From sequence record NC_031039.1: DNA of 64,000 bases; one strand, 5' to 3'. The notes under the pieces were generated by a model that did no database searches, had not been told where the DNA came from, and was given only the letters and a program-made list of their open reading frames with translations. The position numbers and the translations under genes were made by a program. Below are positions 41,719-52,158 of the stretch, piece by piece. Numbering within the stretch: position 1 is the first letter of the stretch; every line of letters starts with the position of its first letter.

Positions 41719-42687
41719 TTGGGAGGAAATATAACAATGAAAAAGGTTTTATATGCAATAGGAACACCATTAGGAGAAACTGGTAAATTTAGTTTTATAC
41801 CTAATGCCAATAATGATGGTCCAATGTTTGTTGAAGATAAAGAAAAATTGATTAAACTAATTTCAGATGATCCAGTAGCTTTTGATACATGGAATATATA
41901 CGAATTTCCAGTGTTAGTGCATGACATAGACTATTATAGTGATTTTAGAGAAAAATCTTCTTTTACTTTAAGAAAAAATGAAAAATTTACTTGTTACTAT
42001 AATAGTATTACTAAAGAGTTATTATGGAATTTTAAGCCTGATGAATTATTATGTGGAAAACCTGTTAGAATAACGATTTTAGATAATCCTAGAATTATTA
42101 ATGATAAAATAATCAATGACAATACCAATTATACTTCAAGAATTTCAGAAGATATTCTTGAATTTAATTTCGATTTATTTATGAAAGTACAAAGAGAGAT
42201 TTATTTAAAATATGAATTAAATACTAAAGATGAAGGAATTCACTTAACTGATAGATATTTTATGCAAATCTTTGAAGAGATTCATGAAGTAAAAAGAGAA
42301 GAAAATGATATGAAGGTAATAGAAGAAATATTAGATATTGTTATGTACCTCGGAAGTACATATTGCACATTTGATAAAAACCTAATTGATCATGGTAAAA
42401 AAGTTTTTGTCAAGAAAGGCTATGAATATGGTTTTACTAAAAGAGATATTCACACTTTAATGGATAGAGTATCTTCTAGTTTAATGGTTGTAAGACGTTT
42501 GTATCCAGAAAGAAAATGGCATAGAAAGAATAGTAATACTATTGAAAACAGAGATAAAATTGCTATGGATACAATTAGAGAATTAATTTGGGAATTATTA
42601 GAATATGTATTATTCATTAATCTAAATGGATTTAATGGTGTTATTGATTCTATGATGATTACTAAGCAACTAAAAAATCTAAAATAA
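41719..42687 (+). CDS. All-alpha NTP pyrophosphatase (dimeric dUTPase/MazG-like) fused to an N-terminal domain
   Basis: EEIHE...EEILD metal-binding pair, RKWHRK, C-terminal KQLKN. Confidence 0.6.
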   Translation: MGGNITMKKVLYAIGTPLGETGKFSFIPNANNDGPMFVEDKEKLIKLISDDPVAFDTWNIYEFPVLVHDIDYYSDFREKSSFTLRKNEKFTCYYNSITKELLWNFKPDELLCGKPVRITILDNPRIINDKIINDNTNYTSRISEDILEFNFDLFMKVQREIYLKYELNTKDEGIHLTDRYFMQIFEEIHEVKREENDMKVIEEILDIVMYLGSTYCTFDKNLIDHGKKVFVKKGYEYGFTKRDIHTLMDRVSSSLMVVRRLYPERKWHRKNSNTIENRDKIAMDTIRELIWELLEYVLFINLNGFNGVIDSMMITKQLKNLK

Positions 42688-42713
42688 AAGTTGTTATAAA
42701 GGGAGAGACTAAG

Positions 42714-43070
42714 ATGGCTGAATATTTGAAAATACCTAGTAAATTTAATGAAATTATAGAATTATTAAATAAACATGGATATAAAGATATTACTTGGAGT
42801 ACTACAAACGGATTTTACATTAGAGACTGTGCTGGAATGTCTATTGATGTTAGATTTAATTTTAATATTAATAGATTTCTCGTAACTATAAGAGGAAGAA
42901 ATTATGAAAATATTAATATTGATGAATTACAAAAATATATTGACGAATTAAATGAGACTAAAAATCTAATTGATAAGTTAAATAAACTCCTTGAAGTAGA
43001 CGATATCCCTGTACCAGATCTAGATAGTGGTACTCCCACTGAAAAAACTGAAGATGAACATGATTTTTAA
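42714..43070 (+). CDS. Hypothetical protein
   Basis: 118-aa SD-led ORF with acidic tail. Confidence 0.55.
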   Translation: MAEYLKIPSKFNEIIELLNKHGYKDITWSTTNGFYIRDCAGMSIDVRFNFNINRFLVTIRGRNYENINIDELQKYIDELNETKNLIDKLNKLLEVDDIPVPDLDSGTPTEKTEDEHDF

Positions 43071-43310
43071 TAATAATTAATAAGGGGATTAACGAATGAA
43101 GATGGAGAATGGAAGTTAATAATCATTAATTTTAATGAAAATAATTAACAAAAAAATAATAATGGGTAATAAGGGTTATAATAATATAACTCTTATTATT
43201 CTATTATTAATATTAAAATATTAATTTTTTATTATATAAACAATATTATATAATATAATTTATAAATAATTATTTTTTTTTTATTTTATAAGTAAAGAAG
43301 GTGAAATAGT

Positions 43311-46300
43311 ATGCCAATGAGAGTACTACCAAAATTCGTTAAAAATGTAGGTAGATCACTTGGAAGATCAACAGCTTCAGCATTTGGTGATATGATGCCT
43401 AGTATGAAGAATTCAGGTATTGATAGTAAAAATTATATTGCTGAAGTATATAATTCTTCCAGAGAGAAAGTAACTCCTAATGAAGTTAAACAGACCTACA
43501 TTTATAAATCTGGTCAGCAATTAATTAATAATGCAATTAGAGATCTTAAATCAGGTAATTTCTATAATAAAGAAAGACAACAACAAGCATCTAATGATTC
43601 TTTCAAAGAGATGTTTGGTATTGATTTAGATAATCTTACTAATTTTGAAGATCAAAATAAAGAAACAACAAAAGAGAAAGATGGAAAAACTATTCACAAT
43701 ACCAGTAATAATACTCAACAAAATGTTTTTGTGAATAATAGTGATCCATCTACTTCTAAAAGCATTCAGCAATTAACAACTATTTCATCTTCAGCTATGA
43801 AGATGAGTCATTATAATTCTAGTGCTTTGAGTAAACAAATTTCTACATTAATTGAATTCCAGCATAATAACACTAACAGATTCTATACAGAGATGTCAAG
43901 TAAAATGGCTGATATTACAAGAGATGTTAGTCAGATGACCGGATTCCTTGGTGTGATGGCTGAGGTTTCAGTAGGTGGAACTAGAAGAACACAAGGCGAG
44001 TCCATGCTTGCAACATTATTAGGGTTAGAAGGATTTAGTGTTAGTGGAATGAAGGATATGTATAGGAAAAAATATTCTAATTCTACTGGTGGAATGAAAG
44101 ATACATTTAATCTTGTTATTAAACCTTATATTGATGAAGTTGTTGCAAATCCAATTGGAGCTTTAACTAAAAATGCAATTAAGTTAGCTTTACCAAGAGC
44201 TTTAAAATCAGCTGTTGGTGATATGGATCAAATGTTTAAATTTCTTCCTACTATGATCCAAGGAAAAGCTAAAGATTGGGAAGGTAGCGATAATGTCTTT
44301 AAGAGAAATGCCGCAAAAATATTTGGCATTGATCTAAAAGAAGATAAGGGATTTAACTTTTCTAATTATGAAAAAGGAAAGGTAGCATTTGATGGTGTAA
44401 CTAGACGCTCTATTGTTAATGTAATTCCATCATTGTTATCTAAAATTTTGGCTAGTGTTAGCAATAATTCAACTCATAAAGAAGAACTTATCTATGATTA
44501 TGATAAAGGAAAATTTACTACTAGAAAACGTGTAATAAAAGAAATGAATAGTGATATTAAAAACTTCACTATTGATAACTATGATCTTACTAATTATAAA
44601 GAACAGATTGCAAGAGAGAATCAATCTAAATTTTCAAGCAGTGAAGAATTATCTGCTTTTATGGAAAGAGTTGATAAAGCTCTTTTATCCATGGTTAAAA
44701 ATAGCAAAATGATTCATGGTAATAGCAAGGCATCTGATATTTCGGAGGATGAAGATGTTGCTAATGCTATCTTAAATAACTTCAAGGGTCAAACAAATGC
44801 TAATAAGTCTAAATATCAATATGATCTACTAAGTGCTTCAAAAGCTTATTCCGATATTTATAGAAGAATTGAGCAAAATGAATCATTCAATAATGCCTTT
44901 GATATGACAAAAGAAGAAAGAATATTTGAGCCTGAAACTAATAAAGAAATGGCTAGAAGAGTAAAATCAAATATTGATAGATTCTTTGGTGTTGGTCAAG
45001 GACCAGTAGAAAATAATATGAGTAAAAAGAATCCTCTTTATTGGTTAACTGAAGGTATTAAGAGAGTTAATGGAAAAACTTCTGAATTTTTTTATGGACA
45101 GGATAATAATGAATATGCATATACTAGACCTCAACAACCTTCTTCTAATCAGCAAAATACAGTAAATAGAGGATCTAAGATAAAAGATTTTGCTAGTAGA
45201 GTAGTAAATACAGGAAGTAATGCTATTTCTAGGTTAAATACAAGAAATGGTTTAGTGCCTGAGAGAAGAACTTCACCTTCAATTCCTGTTATCTCAAATA
45301 CTGAGGATACTAGTAGTAACAATACAACAAGAGAATTAAGTAATTTAAATCAAAATATTGAAGAAGTAAATAATGAAATTAGTGGAGATAGAGGTATCAC
45401 CAGAAGCATCTTCCTGTTAAATAGAAATATTGAACGTAATAATAGAATTATGGAAGGTAGAAATGATGAGAAAACATCCTCTTCCACTAATTCAACTGCC
45501 ATTAGAACTACGAATGTACAAAACCCAGATCTTTCCATTCTCCCTAAGATTAATGATAATATTCTTCATATTATAGCATTACTAGAAGCTAAATTTAGTG
45601 GAGATGGCTTACCAGTAGGTAGGATTGGAAAATTCAAAAATATTATTGGTAGTTATAAGGATAAAACTCTTAATTTCTTTGAAAAGTTATTTGGAAGAGG
45701 AAGATCTAATTCAGGAGGTTTCTTCTCTAGAACAGCAGAAAAAGTTAAAGGCTTTATTGGAATGGTATTTGGTAATTCAGGTTCCAGAACTTCACTTTTA
45801 TCTAAATTATTTGGTGGTGCAATGGATTCTATTAAAGGTGCTAATGGAAGACAATCTATTACATCAAGACTTCTAGGAAGAGATGGCATTATCACCAAGT
45901 TTGTTTCTGGTACATTAACAACTGTTTTGGATGTTGCGTCTAAAACAATTCCAAAAGCAACTAAATTTGCAGGAGAGGTAACAAAAGGATTTTTAAATTT
46001 TGGTAAAAGTGCTTTTTCACTAATACTTGGAGCAGGTAAAAAAGGATTAGATAAAGCTAAAGAACTTCGATCAAATAGATCTGCAAGTAGAGCAGGAAGA
46101 AGCGGAAATAGAAATATTAAAGGAATGAGAGGCTTACTTGGTCTTTTAACAAGTACTACTGGGAGTGTTATAGGAGGAGCAGGTAGCCTTATTGGTGGAA
46201 GCTTAAGCCTTGGTATGAGAGGCATTTCAAAAGTAGGAGATATCGCTTCAGGTATTGGTAATAAACTATCTGGTCGTAAAGGGCATAAAAAAAGTAAATC

Positions 46301-49088
46301 TTCTTCTAATAGAAGATCTTTTTCAATGCCAGATATTATAGATAGAGTATTTAATCGTAAAAGTGATTCACTGCATGTCTTTGTAGATGGCGGTTCTCTA
46401 GATAAAATCCGAGAAGTAGTTAAGGTTCAGACACATATTAGTGATGGAAACTCTGCAGTAGAACAAATTGCAGAGTTTAAAAAAAGACGTCAAAATAATG
46501 AAAATAGCCTTCTTCAAAACTTAAAAGGTGGTAGAAAGAAAAGAAATAGAAATAACCTTACAGGTGAACAGTCTTCTGGTGGAGGTTTTTTAAGCGGAAC
46601 ACTGAGTAATATTGCAGGTGATATTATTGGTGAGGTAATTGGAAATAAAATTGCTGGACGTGGAGGAAGAGATACTGGTACTAGAGCTGGAAGAAGAGCT
46701 GGACGGAGAGGAATCTTTGGTAGAATTGGCGGTCTCTTTAATCGCAATAGAGGTGGTGCATCTGAAGCTATTGAAGGAGCAACTGATTTAGCACAAAACT
46801 CTACTAGAATGGGAAGAAATCAATCAACTGGACGAGGAATTAGAGGTATGTTCAGTCGAATTGGTGGAGGATTATCTCGTCTAGGTGGACGAGGAATGGC
46901 AGGAATTGGTGCTTTAGGTGCTGGTGCAGGATTGGCATCTGGGGGTGCTGGAGTTGCTCAAGCCGCAACTACAGGCGCATCAGCTACACAGGCGGCTACT
47001 ACGGCGGCAGGTGCTAGTGGAGTAGCAGGATCGGCTTCTGGAGGCGCTAAAGGACTTCTTAGAGGAGCCGGAACAGCACTTAGAGGGGCAGGTAGATTAG
47101 CAAAATTCATTCCGGGAGTAGGATTAGTTGCTACAGCAGGAATGGGTGTTATGGATGCTATTAATGGCGTTCAGAACGCTAACCAAATATTTGGAACTGA
47201 AAAAGCTACTTTAGGACAAAAAGTATCTGCAGGAGCAGGTAGTGTTATAAGTGGACTTACATTTGGTTTAGCTGATAAAGAAAAAGTTTCAAAAGGGATT
47301 TATGGATTTGGTAACAAGATTAAAGATTTTGGTTCAAAAGCATTAAGTACAGTTAAGAAAAATCCTTTATTACTCGCCGGAGGTATTGGTGGAGGATTAG
47401 GATTAGGTGCTTTAGGACTTTCTAAGATGTTTGGAAAAAAAGAGGATGAAGATCAAAAAAGAGATGCTGAAAAGGGAGAAAACAGTAAGCAACCTATTAA
47501 TAAAATCTCTGCTTGGGTCGAAAAACTAGGTAAATTCTTCTCAATTGGTGCTGGTGGTACATTCTTTAGTGGTATCTGGGGAATGATTACTGGTAAAACA
47601 GGTGGTATCTTTGATAAGATTGGTAACTGGTTTAAAGGCTTATTTGGTGGAGGAAAAGATGATAGTACTTCAGGTGGCGATTCTTATACTGGTAAAATTG
47701 GTTCTGGTATTGGAGCACTAGCCGCTAAATATGAGTCTAGTGGTAATGCTGGAACGGTAGCAAATAGTTCTGGTGATATTGGTGGGCAATCATTTGGTAA
47801 ATATCAACTTGCAAGAAATACTGGGTCTTATAAATCTTTTATTAATAAGCTTAGTGATTATGGTCATGAAGATTGGGAAAAACAATTAAAATCAGCTTAT
47901 AATAGTACCTCTCAAAGTGCGGCAGTGTGGAAGAAGATATATAAGGAAAATCCAAAAGAATTTGAAAAAGTTCAAGATCAATATTTTGCAGATCAATATT
48001 TTAGACCAGCGGCAGGTAAAATCAAATCTGCAATTGGTTTAGATGTTGGTAAACGTTCTACGGCTGTTCAAGCGGTATTATTATCTACTGCTGTTCAACA
48101 TGGAACTGCTGGTGCTGTTAATGTTTGGAAGAATGCACTTGGTAGTAAAGCAAATGATATGTCTGATTCTGAAATTATTAATGCAGTTTATAAAGAGCGT
48201 GCGGCTAATAATGGTATGAAATATTTCCCTAGTTCTTCTGCCGCTATTCGTAAAGGTGTTGTGAACCGATTCTCAAGAGAGAAAAAAGATGCATTAGCAA
48301 TGTTAGCTAAAGATGGTGGAGAAAAAGCAAATACTTCATCTGATAGTGATAAAGATACAAAAGATTCTTCAACAACAGGTTCAACAGCATCTAAGGTTAT
48401 GAATGATCGCAGTCAATTTTACGATAATCCATTTGACTCAGCTTCTTCAGGTGGAGGCTATACAAATAGTACAGCAGGTTATGACTCAGCACCTTCTTCA
48501 TCATATAAGAGTATTGGTGGATTTAGTCTTGGTTCATCTGCTGGAAAAGCATTAACTTCTGGTTCTGCATATGTGGCAAATTTACTTTCAACATCTGATA
48601 AAGCAATGGGAGACTTAAGATGGTCAATTGGAAATAATACTATTTCTAAAGCAAATAGTATTAAGAATAGCTATCTAAATTCCAATTCTTCAAGTAATCC
48701 ATTTTCTGCATTAGGAATTGGCACAGGAACAACATCAAATATTAAATCGACTGCATCAAGTTCATTAGTAAGTCCATTAAGCTCTATTCCAAAACTTTCA
48801 AGTTCTTCTTCAGAAAGTAACACTGGAAGTACTATAACTGGAAATGATTTTACTGAAATGCTTAAGAACTCTGATGAAATTGCTCAAATGCAAAGTATTC
48901 TTAAACAAATTAATGAGAACAGCAAACAAGGAAATAGTATTCTGGCTAAGATGCTTGAAGCCATTATTGATATTAGAGATAATAAAAGTTTTGGTGGAAC
49001 AACAGTAGTCAATAATACTTCTTCAGGTTCAAATTACAGTTCTTCAAGTATTTCTCCAGAGACAGATAGTATGTTAAAGGGTTATTAA
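43311..49088 (+). CDS. Tape-measure protein with VgrG3-like lysozyme domain
   Basis: 1925 aa; helical and G/R/A-rich segments; KYESSG..GD.GG.SFGKYQ..WSTAVQHG-type motif (LSTAVQHG) at about 47716-48305. Confidence 0.75.
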   Translation: MPMRVLPKFVKNVGRSLGRSTASAFGDMMPSMKNSGIDSKNYIAEVYNSSREKVTPNEVKQTYIYKSGQQLINNAIRDLKSGNFYNKERQQQASNDSFKEMFGIDLDNLTNFEDQNKETTKEKDGKTIHNTSNNTQQNVFVNNSDPSTSKSIQQLTTISSSAMKMSHYNSSALSKQISTLIEFQHNNTNRFYTEMSSKMADITRDVSQMTGFLGVMAEVSVGGTRRTQGESMLATLLGLEGFSVSGMKDMYRKKYSNSTGGMKDTFNLVIKPYIDEVVANPIGALTKNAIKLALPRALKSAVGDMDQMFKFLPTMIQGKAKDWEGSDNVFKRNAAKIFGIDLKEDKGFNFSNYEKGKVAFDGVTRRSIVNVIPSLLSKILASVSNNSTHKEELIYDYDKGKFTTRKRVIKEMNSDIKNFTIDNYDLTNYKEQIARENQSKFSSSEELSAFMERVDKALLSMVKNSKMIHGNSKASDISEDEDVANAILNNFKGQTNANKSKYQYDLLSASKAYSDIYRRIEQNESFNNAFDMTKEERIFEPETNKEMARRVKSNIDRFFGVGQGPVENNMSKKNPLYWLTEGIKRVNGKTSEFFYGQDNNEYAYTRPQQPSSNQQNTVNRGSKIKDFASRVVNTGSNAISRLNTRNGLVPERRTSPSIPVISNTEDTSSNNTTRELSNLNQNIEEVNNEISGDRGITRSIFLLNRNIERNNRIMEGRNDEKTSSSTNSTAIRTTNVQNPDLSILPKINDNILHIIALLEAKFSGDGLPVGRIGKFKNIIGSYKDKTLNFFEKLFGRGRSNSGGFFSRTAEKVKGFIGMVFGNSGSRTSLLSKLFGGAMDSIKGANGRQSITSRLLGRDGIITKFVSGTLTTVLDVASKTIPKATKFAGEVTKGFLNFGKSAFSLILGAGKKGLDKAKELRSNRSASRAGRSGNRNIKGMRGLLGLLTSTTGSVIGGAGSLIGGSLSLGMRGISKVGDIASGIGNKLSGRKGHKKSKSSSNRRSFSMPDIIDRVFNRKSDSLHVFVDGGSLDKIREVVKVQTHISDGNSAVEQIAEFKKRRQNNENSLLQNLKGGRKKRNRNNLTGEQSSGGGFLSGTLSNIAGDIIGEVIGNKIAGRGGRDTGTRAGRRAGRRGIFGRIGGLFNRNRGGASEAIEGATDLAQNSTRMGRNQSTGRGIRGMFSRIGGGLSRLGGRGMAGIGALGAGAGLASGGAGVAQAATTGASATQAATTAAGASGVAGSASGGAKGLLRGAGTALRGAGRLAKFIPGVGLVATAGMGVMDAINGVQNANQIFGTEKATLGQKVSAGAGSVISGLTFGLADKEKVSKGIYGFGNKIKDFGSKALSTVKKNPLLLAGGIGGGLGLGALGLSKMFGKKEDEDQKRDAEKGENSKQPINKISAWVEKLGKFFSIGAGGTFFSGIWGMITGKTGGIFDKIGNWFKGLFGGGKDDSTSGGDSYTGKIGSGIGALAAKYESSGNAGTVANSSGDIGGQSFGKYQLARNTGSYKSFINKLSDYGHEDWEKQLKSAYNSTSQSAAVWKKIYKENPKEFEKVQDQYFADQYFRPAAGKIKSAIGLDVGKRSTAVQAVLLSTAVQHGTAGAVNVWKNALGSKANDMSDSEIINAVYKERAANNGMKYFPSSSAAIRKGVVNRFSREKKDALAMLAKDGGEKANTSSDSDKDTKDSSTTGSTASKVMNDRSQFYDNPFDSASSGGGYTNSTAGYDSAPSSSYKSIGGFSLGSSAGKALTSGSAYVANLLSTSDKAMGDLRWSIGNNTISKANSIKNSYLNSNSSSNPFSALGIGTGTTSNIKSTASSSLVSPLSSIPKLSSSSSESNTGSTITGNDFTEMLKNSDEIAQMQSILKQINENSKQGNSILAKMLEAIIDIRDNKSFGGTTVVNNTSSGSNYSSSSISPETDSMLKGY

Positions 49089-49105
49089 TAGAGAGGTGAT
49101 TTATT

Positions 49106-51441
49106 ATGGCAGATGAACAGCAAAACGTTGATGAACAACAGTCACAGATAATTGGAGATGAGTTTTTCCAAGAAGGTAACTCTAATTCAGATTCAAAAGG
49201 TGGATTTGGAACAAGTGTAGAATATACTGATGGTTTTGAAGCGTTAATTGGATCTTCTAAGGGTGGTTCTGGTTCTTATGCTACACCTACATGGAATCCA
49301 TATAAATCAGATAGTGTATTAGGATTACCTTTATACTATAATGATTTAGCGGATCCTTCGGGAAGAGTATACAATCAAACCATTATTCAAGATATTCCTA
49401 ATATATACATGGTTCCCGGAATTCCATCTATTAATAGAAATATGATTGACGTAGCAGGAAAACGTATTATTCCTGCTACTCTTTCTCGTGCATTAATGGA
49501 TTTTCAAAATAATCCAAATAGTATTTTTAATTTTGGAGTTAGAGGAGTAAAAAGTGGTAATGACCTTCGTTTCATAGGGTTTAAAGCAGATTATTCTGAA
49601 TACTTTAAATATGTACAAACTATGTTAAGTACTATACATTCATATATGGCAATGGATGGCATATTTGATTTATATAGATTCTCAGATGACTTTAATAATA
49701 GTTTTAAAAATTATGGATTATGTTTTTATGCAGATAAATCTACAACTATTTCTGAGTCAGCTGATAATACTTATGCGGCTTCTAGAACAGCAGAAATGGT
49801 AAGTGAGAAAGCGGCTACTTTAAGGGAAGCAGATTTATTATATCCTACAGGAAGTACAACATCTCGTATTGTTGACTCAATTAAAGCGGCTAATCCAATT
49901 GGTGTACTAGAATCATTAGGTTCATTTGATGGAATTATCACTCGTACATCAAATGCATTATTTCGTGTTGTAAATGGATCACAATTAATGTTCCCTGACT
50001 TTTGGCAAGATTCTAGATTTGATAAATCTTATAATATTAGTTTCAAATTTTATAGTCCTTATGGTGATAGAGAAAGTATATTTAGATATGTGTATGTACC
50101 TTTTATAGCACTATTAGCATTAGCATTGCCTTAAATGACGGGGCAATTAAAACTCTTTTAACTGCTGGAACATCCTTAGAGCTTATTAGACTACAACGTG
50201 ACTGGTGACAGTGAGCGTGAATGTTTAAAAACTAATAAGATTGGACAATCAGCAACTAGTTAAAACTTCCACATGGAAGTTACTAGCTCAACGACTATCG
50301 AAACCACATCATTTGATGGAAGGAAGTAGAGTACCCCACAAGCGTGGTTACATTTAGGCATAAATGTAAGTATAGTAAACTAATACTATATGGGAAACAA
50401 AGAGCATGATGAAGGCAAAAAGCTGGAGTGAAGATATAGTCTCAACTTCTATGGAAACATAGAGCAGTTCATAAGAGAACGCACTGAAGTAGCGACTCAG
50501 TGGAAGGTTATGCGTCAAGACGGTTTATTAGGATATCAGCAACCATTCTTTGTAAGAATGTCTCGTCCGGGTTAACTAAATAGCTCGGCTTATGAGTAAT
50601 CATAAGAAACAATCATTCTCTAATTGCTGGAAAGTCTTAACATGTTGTGATGAAGATAATCAGCAGCGAAGATTATTAGTTTTAGATTGTGTAATAAAAA
50701 ATTATATCAATAGTAAAATAAACAAAATAATATAAAAATAATTATTGTAAGATTAATAATATTCCACTTTTAAGAATACCATATAAATATAGGGATACTG
50801 TTGATATAATTCTAGAAGACTTCTTTACTAATAATAACGTTCAACGACTATCCGAAAGTAATCGTTAGATTATGAGTAGCCTAAAAATAGGCAATAGGAG
50901 TACGGCTCAAGTGTTTGGAGTGGGTGAAAATCCCTTAAATGGAAACGGGAATCCCCTCTTTAGAGAGGGTGAAGATATAGTCTCATCTCTATGGAAACAT
51001 AGAGCAGTTCATAAGAGAACGCATTAGATGTAGCGAATCTAATGGAAGGTAATGTATTTTGACATAGATATGGGAGTAGTAACAAGCTTAACTATCACTA
51101 AAGGCGGAGCTGATAGTCTTTGGACAGTTGACGGTCATCCGCAAATGATTGAAGTTAATATGAACGTAGTAGATTTATATCCACAAATGATCCAAATTAA
51201 AGATATTGGTTTACTTGCATATAATCTGGGAATTGCATCATTCTTAGAAAACATGGCAGGAATAAGACCAGACCAATTAAGTTTTCTTAAATTTAAATCA
51301 TTAATTAATAGAAAACTATCAAATTCATTATTGTTTACTACTTTCCTTGATGGAGGTTCAGGAATTAAAGATAGAGTTGGTAATAAATTTGCTGACTTCT
51401 TCTATGAACTACAAGGTAAGTTTAATAATATATTAAGATAA
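49106..51441 (+). CDS. Tail tube initiator/baseplate protein; three exons, about 490 aa after splicing
   Basis: Exons 49106-50131, 50513-50572, 51055-51441 join as LALALP|RQDGLLGYQQPFFVRMSRPG|YFDIDMGVVTSLTITKGG; follows the tape-measure gene. Confidence 0.75.
50132..50512 (+). mobile_element. Group I intron A (381 nt)
   Basis: P1 UUGCCU|/GGGCAA; perfect P10 UGACG/CGUCA; P7 GACUAUC/GAUAUAGUC; terminal G. Confidence 0.9.
50573..51054 (+). mobile_element. Group I intron B (482 nt) with AT-rich P6 extension
   Basis: P1 CCGGGU|/GCUCGG; P10 AAAUA/UAUUU; P7 elements; terminal G. Confidence 0.9.
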
Positions 51442-51478
51442 ATTAAGAAAGAACCTTTATTTAGGTTCTTTCTTAATT
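51441..51478 (+). terminator. Terminator of the tape-measure operon
   Basis: AATTAAGAAAGAACCT...AGGTTCTTTCTTAATT. Confidence 0.75.
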
Positions 51479-51558
51479 AATACAATTCTAAATTCCTAAC
51501 TTTTAAAGAATATGCCTAACAGATTAATAGAAATTAAATCTGATTGGAGGTAGAATTC

Positions 51559-52158
51559 TTGGCATTTAAAAAAGGTAGTATTTCACAAACTACCAAATCG
51601 CAAAAAAAGAAATTAGAAAAAATTAAAAATACTGAAATTGAGTTAATAATTAATGAATTAGATGATAATCAAGTAGTTGTTAATATTAACATGAATAGCA
51701 TAATAGAACCATATGTAAGAAATAGATTGGCAGGTAATTCATCACATCTATATGATCCATTAAATACTTATAAGAAACAGATAAGACGAAAATTAAAAGA
51801 ACAACTAGAAAATTATGAAAACTTTAAAATGGGAGAAGGTAAAATTACTTTCATTATAGATGTATATACTGTTCCACCTAAGTCATTTACAAAAAGACAG
51901 TTAGTATATGCTATATTTAAGAGAATTATAAGACCTATTGTTAAACCAGACTTAGATAATGTTGCTAAAACTGCAATGGATGTTTGTTCTAAATTATTTT
52001 GGAAAGATGATAATCAAGTAGTAGAACTTAAAGTGAGAAAATTTTATGGGGAAAACCAAGCAACTTATATTAAATTTTACATGGATTTAAAGCCAGATGA
52101 AATTCGGGGAAGAGCAAATGAGGAGGAAAATGAACTATGGAAAACGCTAAATCTTTAG
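51559..52158 (+). CDS. rusA: RusA-family Holliday junction resolvase
   Basis: KPDLDNVAK..MD...WKDDNQV; TTG start at 51559 after GGAGG. Confidence 0.85.
   Translation: MAFKKGSISQTTKSQKKKLEKIKNTEIELIINELDDNQVVVNINMNSIIEPYVRNRLAGNSSHLYDPLNTYKKQIRRKLKEQLENYENFKMGEGKITFIIDVYTVPPKSFTKRQLVYAIFKRIIRPIVKPDLDNVAKTAMDVCSKLFWKDDNQVVELKVRKFYGENQATYIKFYMDLKPDEIRGRANEEENELWKTLNL

Noticed and set aside
43071-43310. AT-rich gap as a replication origin
   Set aside because: No iterons visible; explained by the late promoter variant and leader of the tape-measure operon
45350-46747. Several antisense ORFs within the tape-measure gene
   Set aside because: Shadows of G/R-rich codons; no SD or motifs
51052-51441. 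Independent 129-aa gene starting at ATG 51052
   Set aside because: The G of this ATG is the terminal G of intron B; it is exon 3
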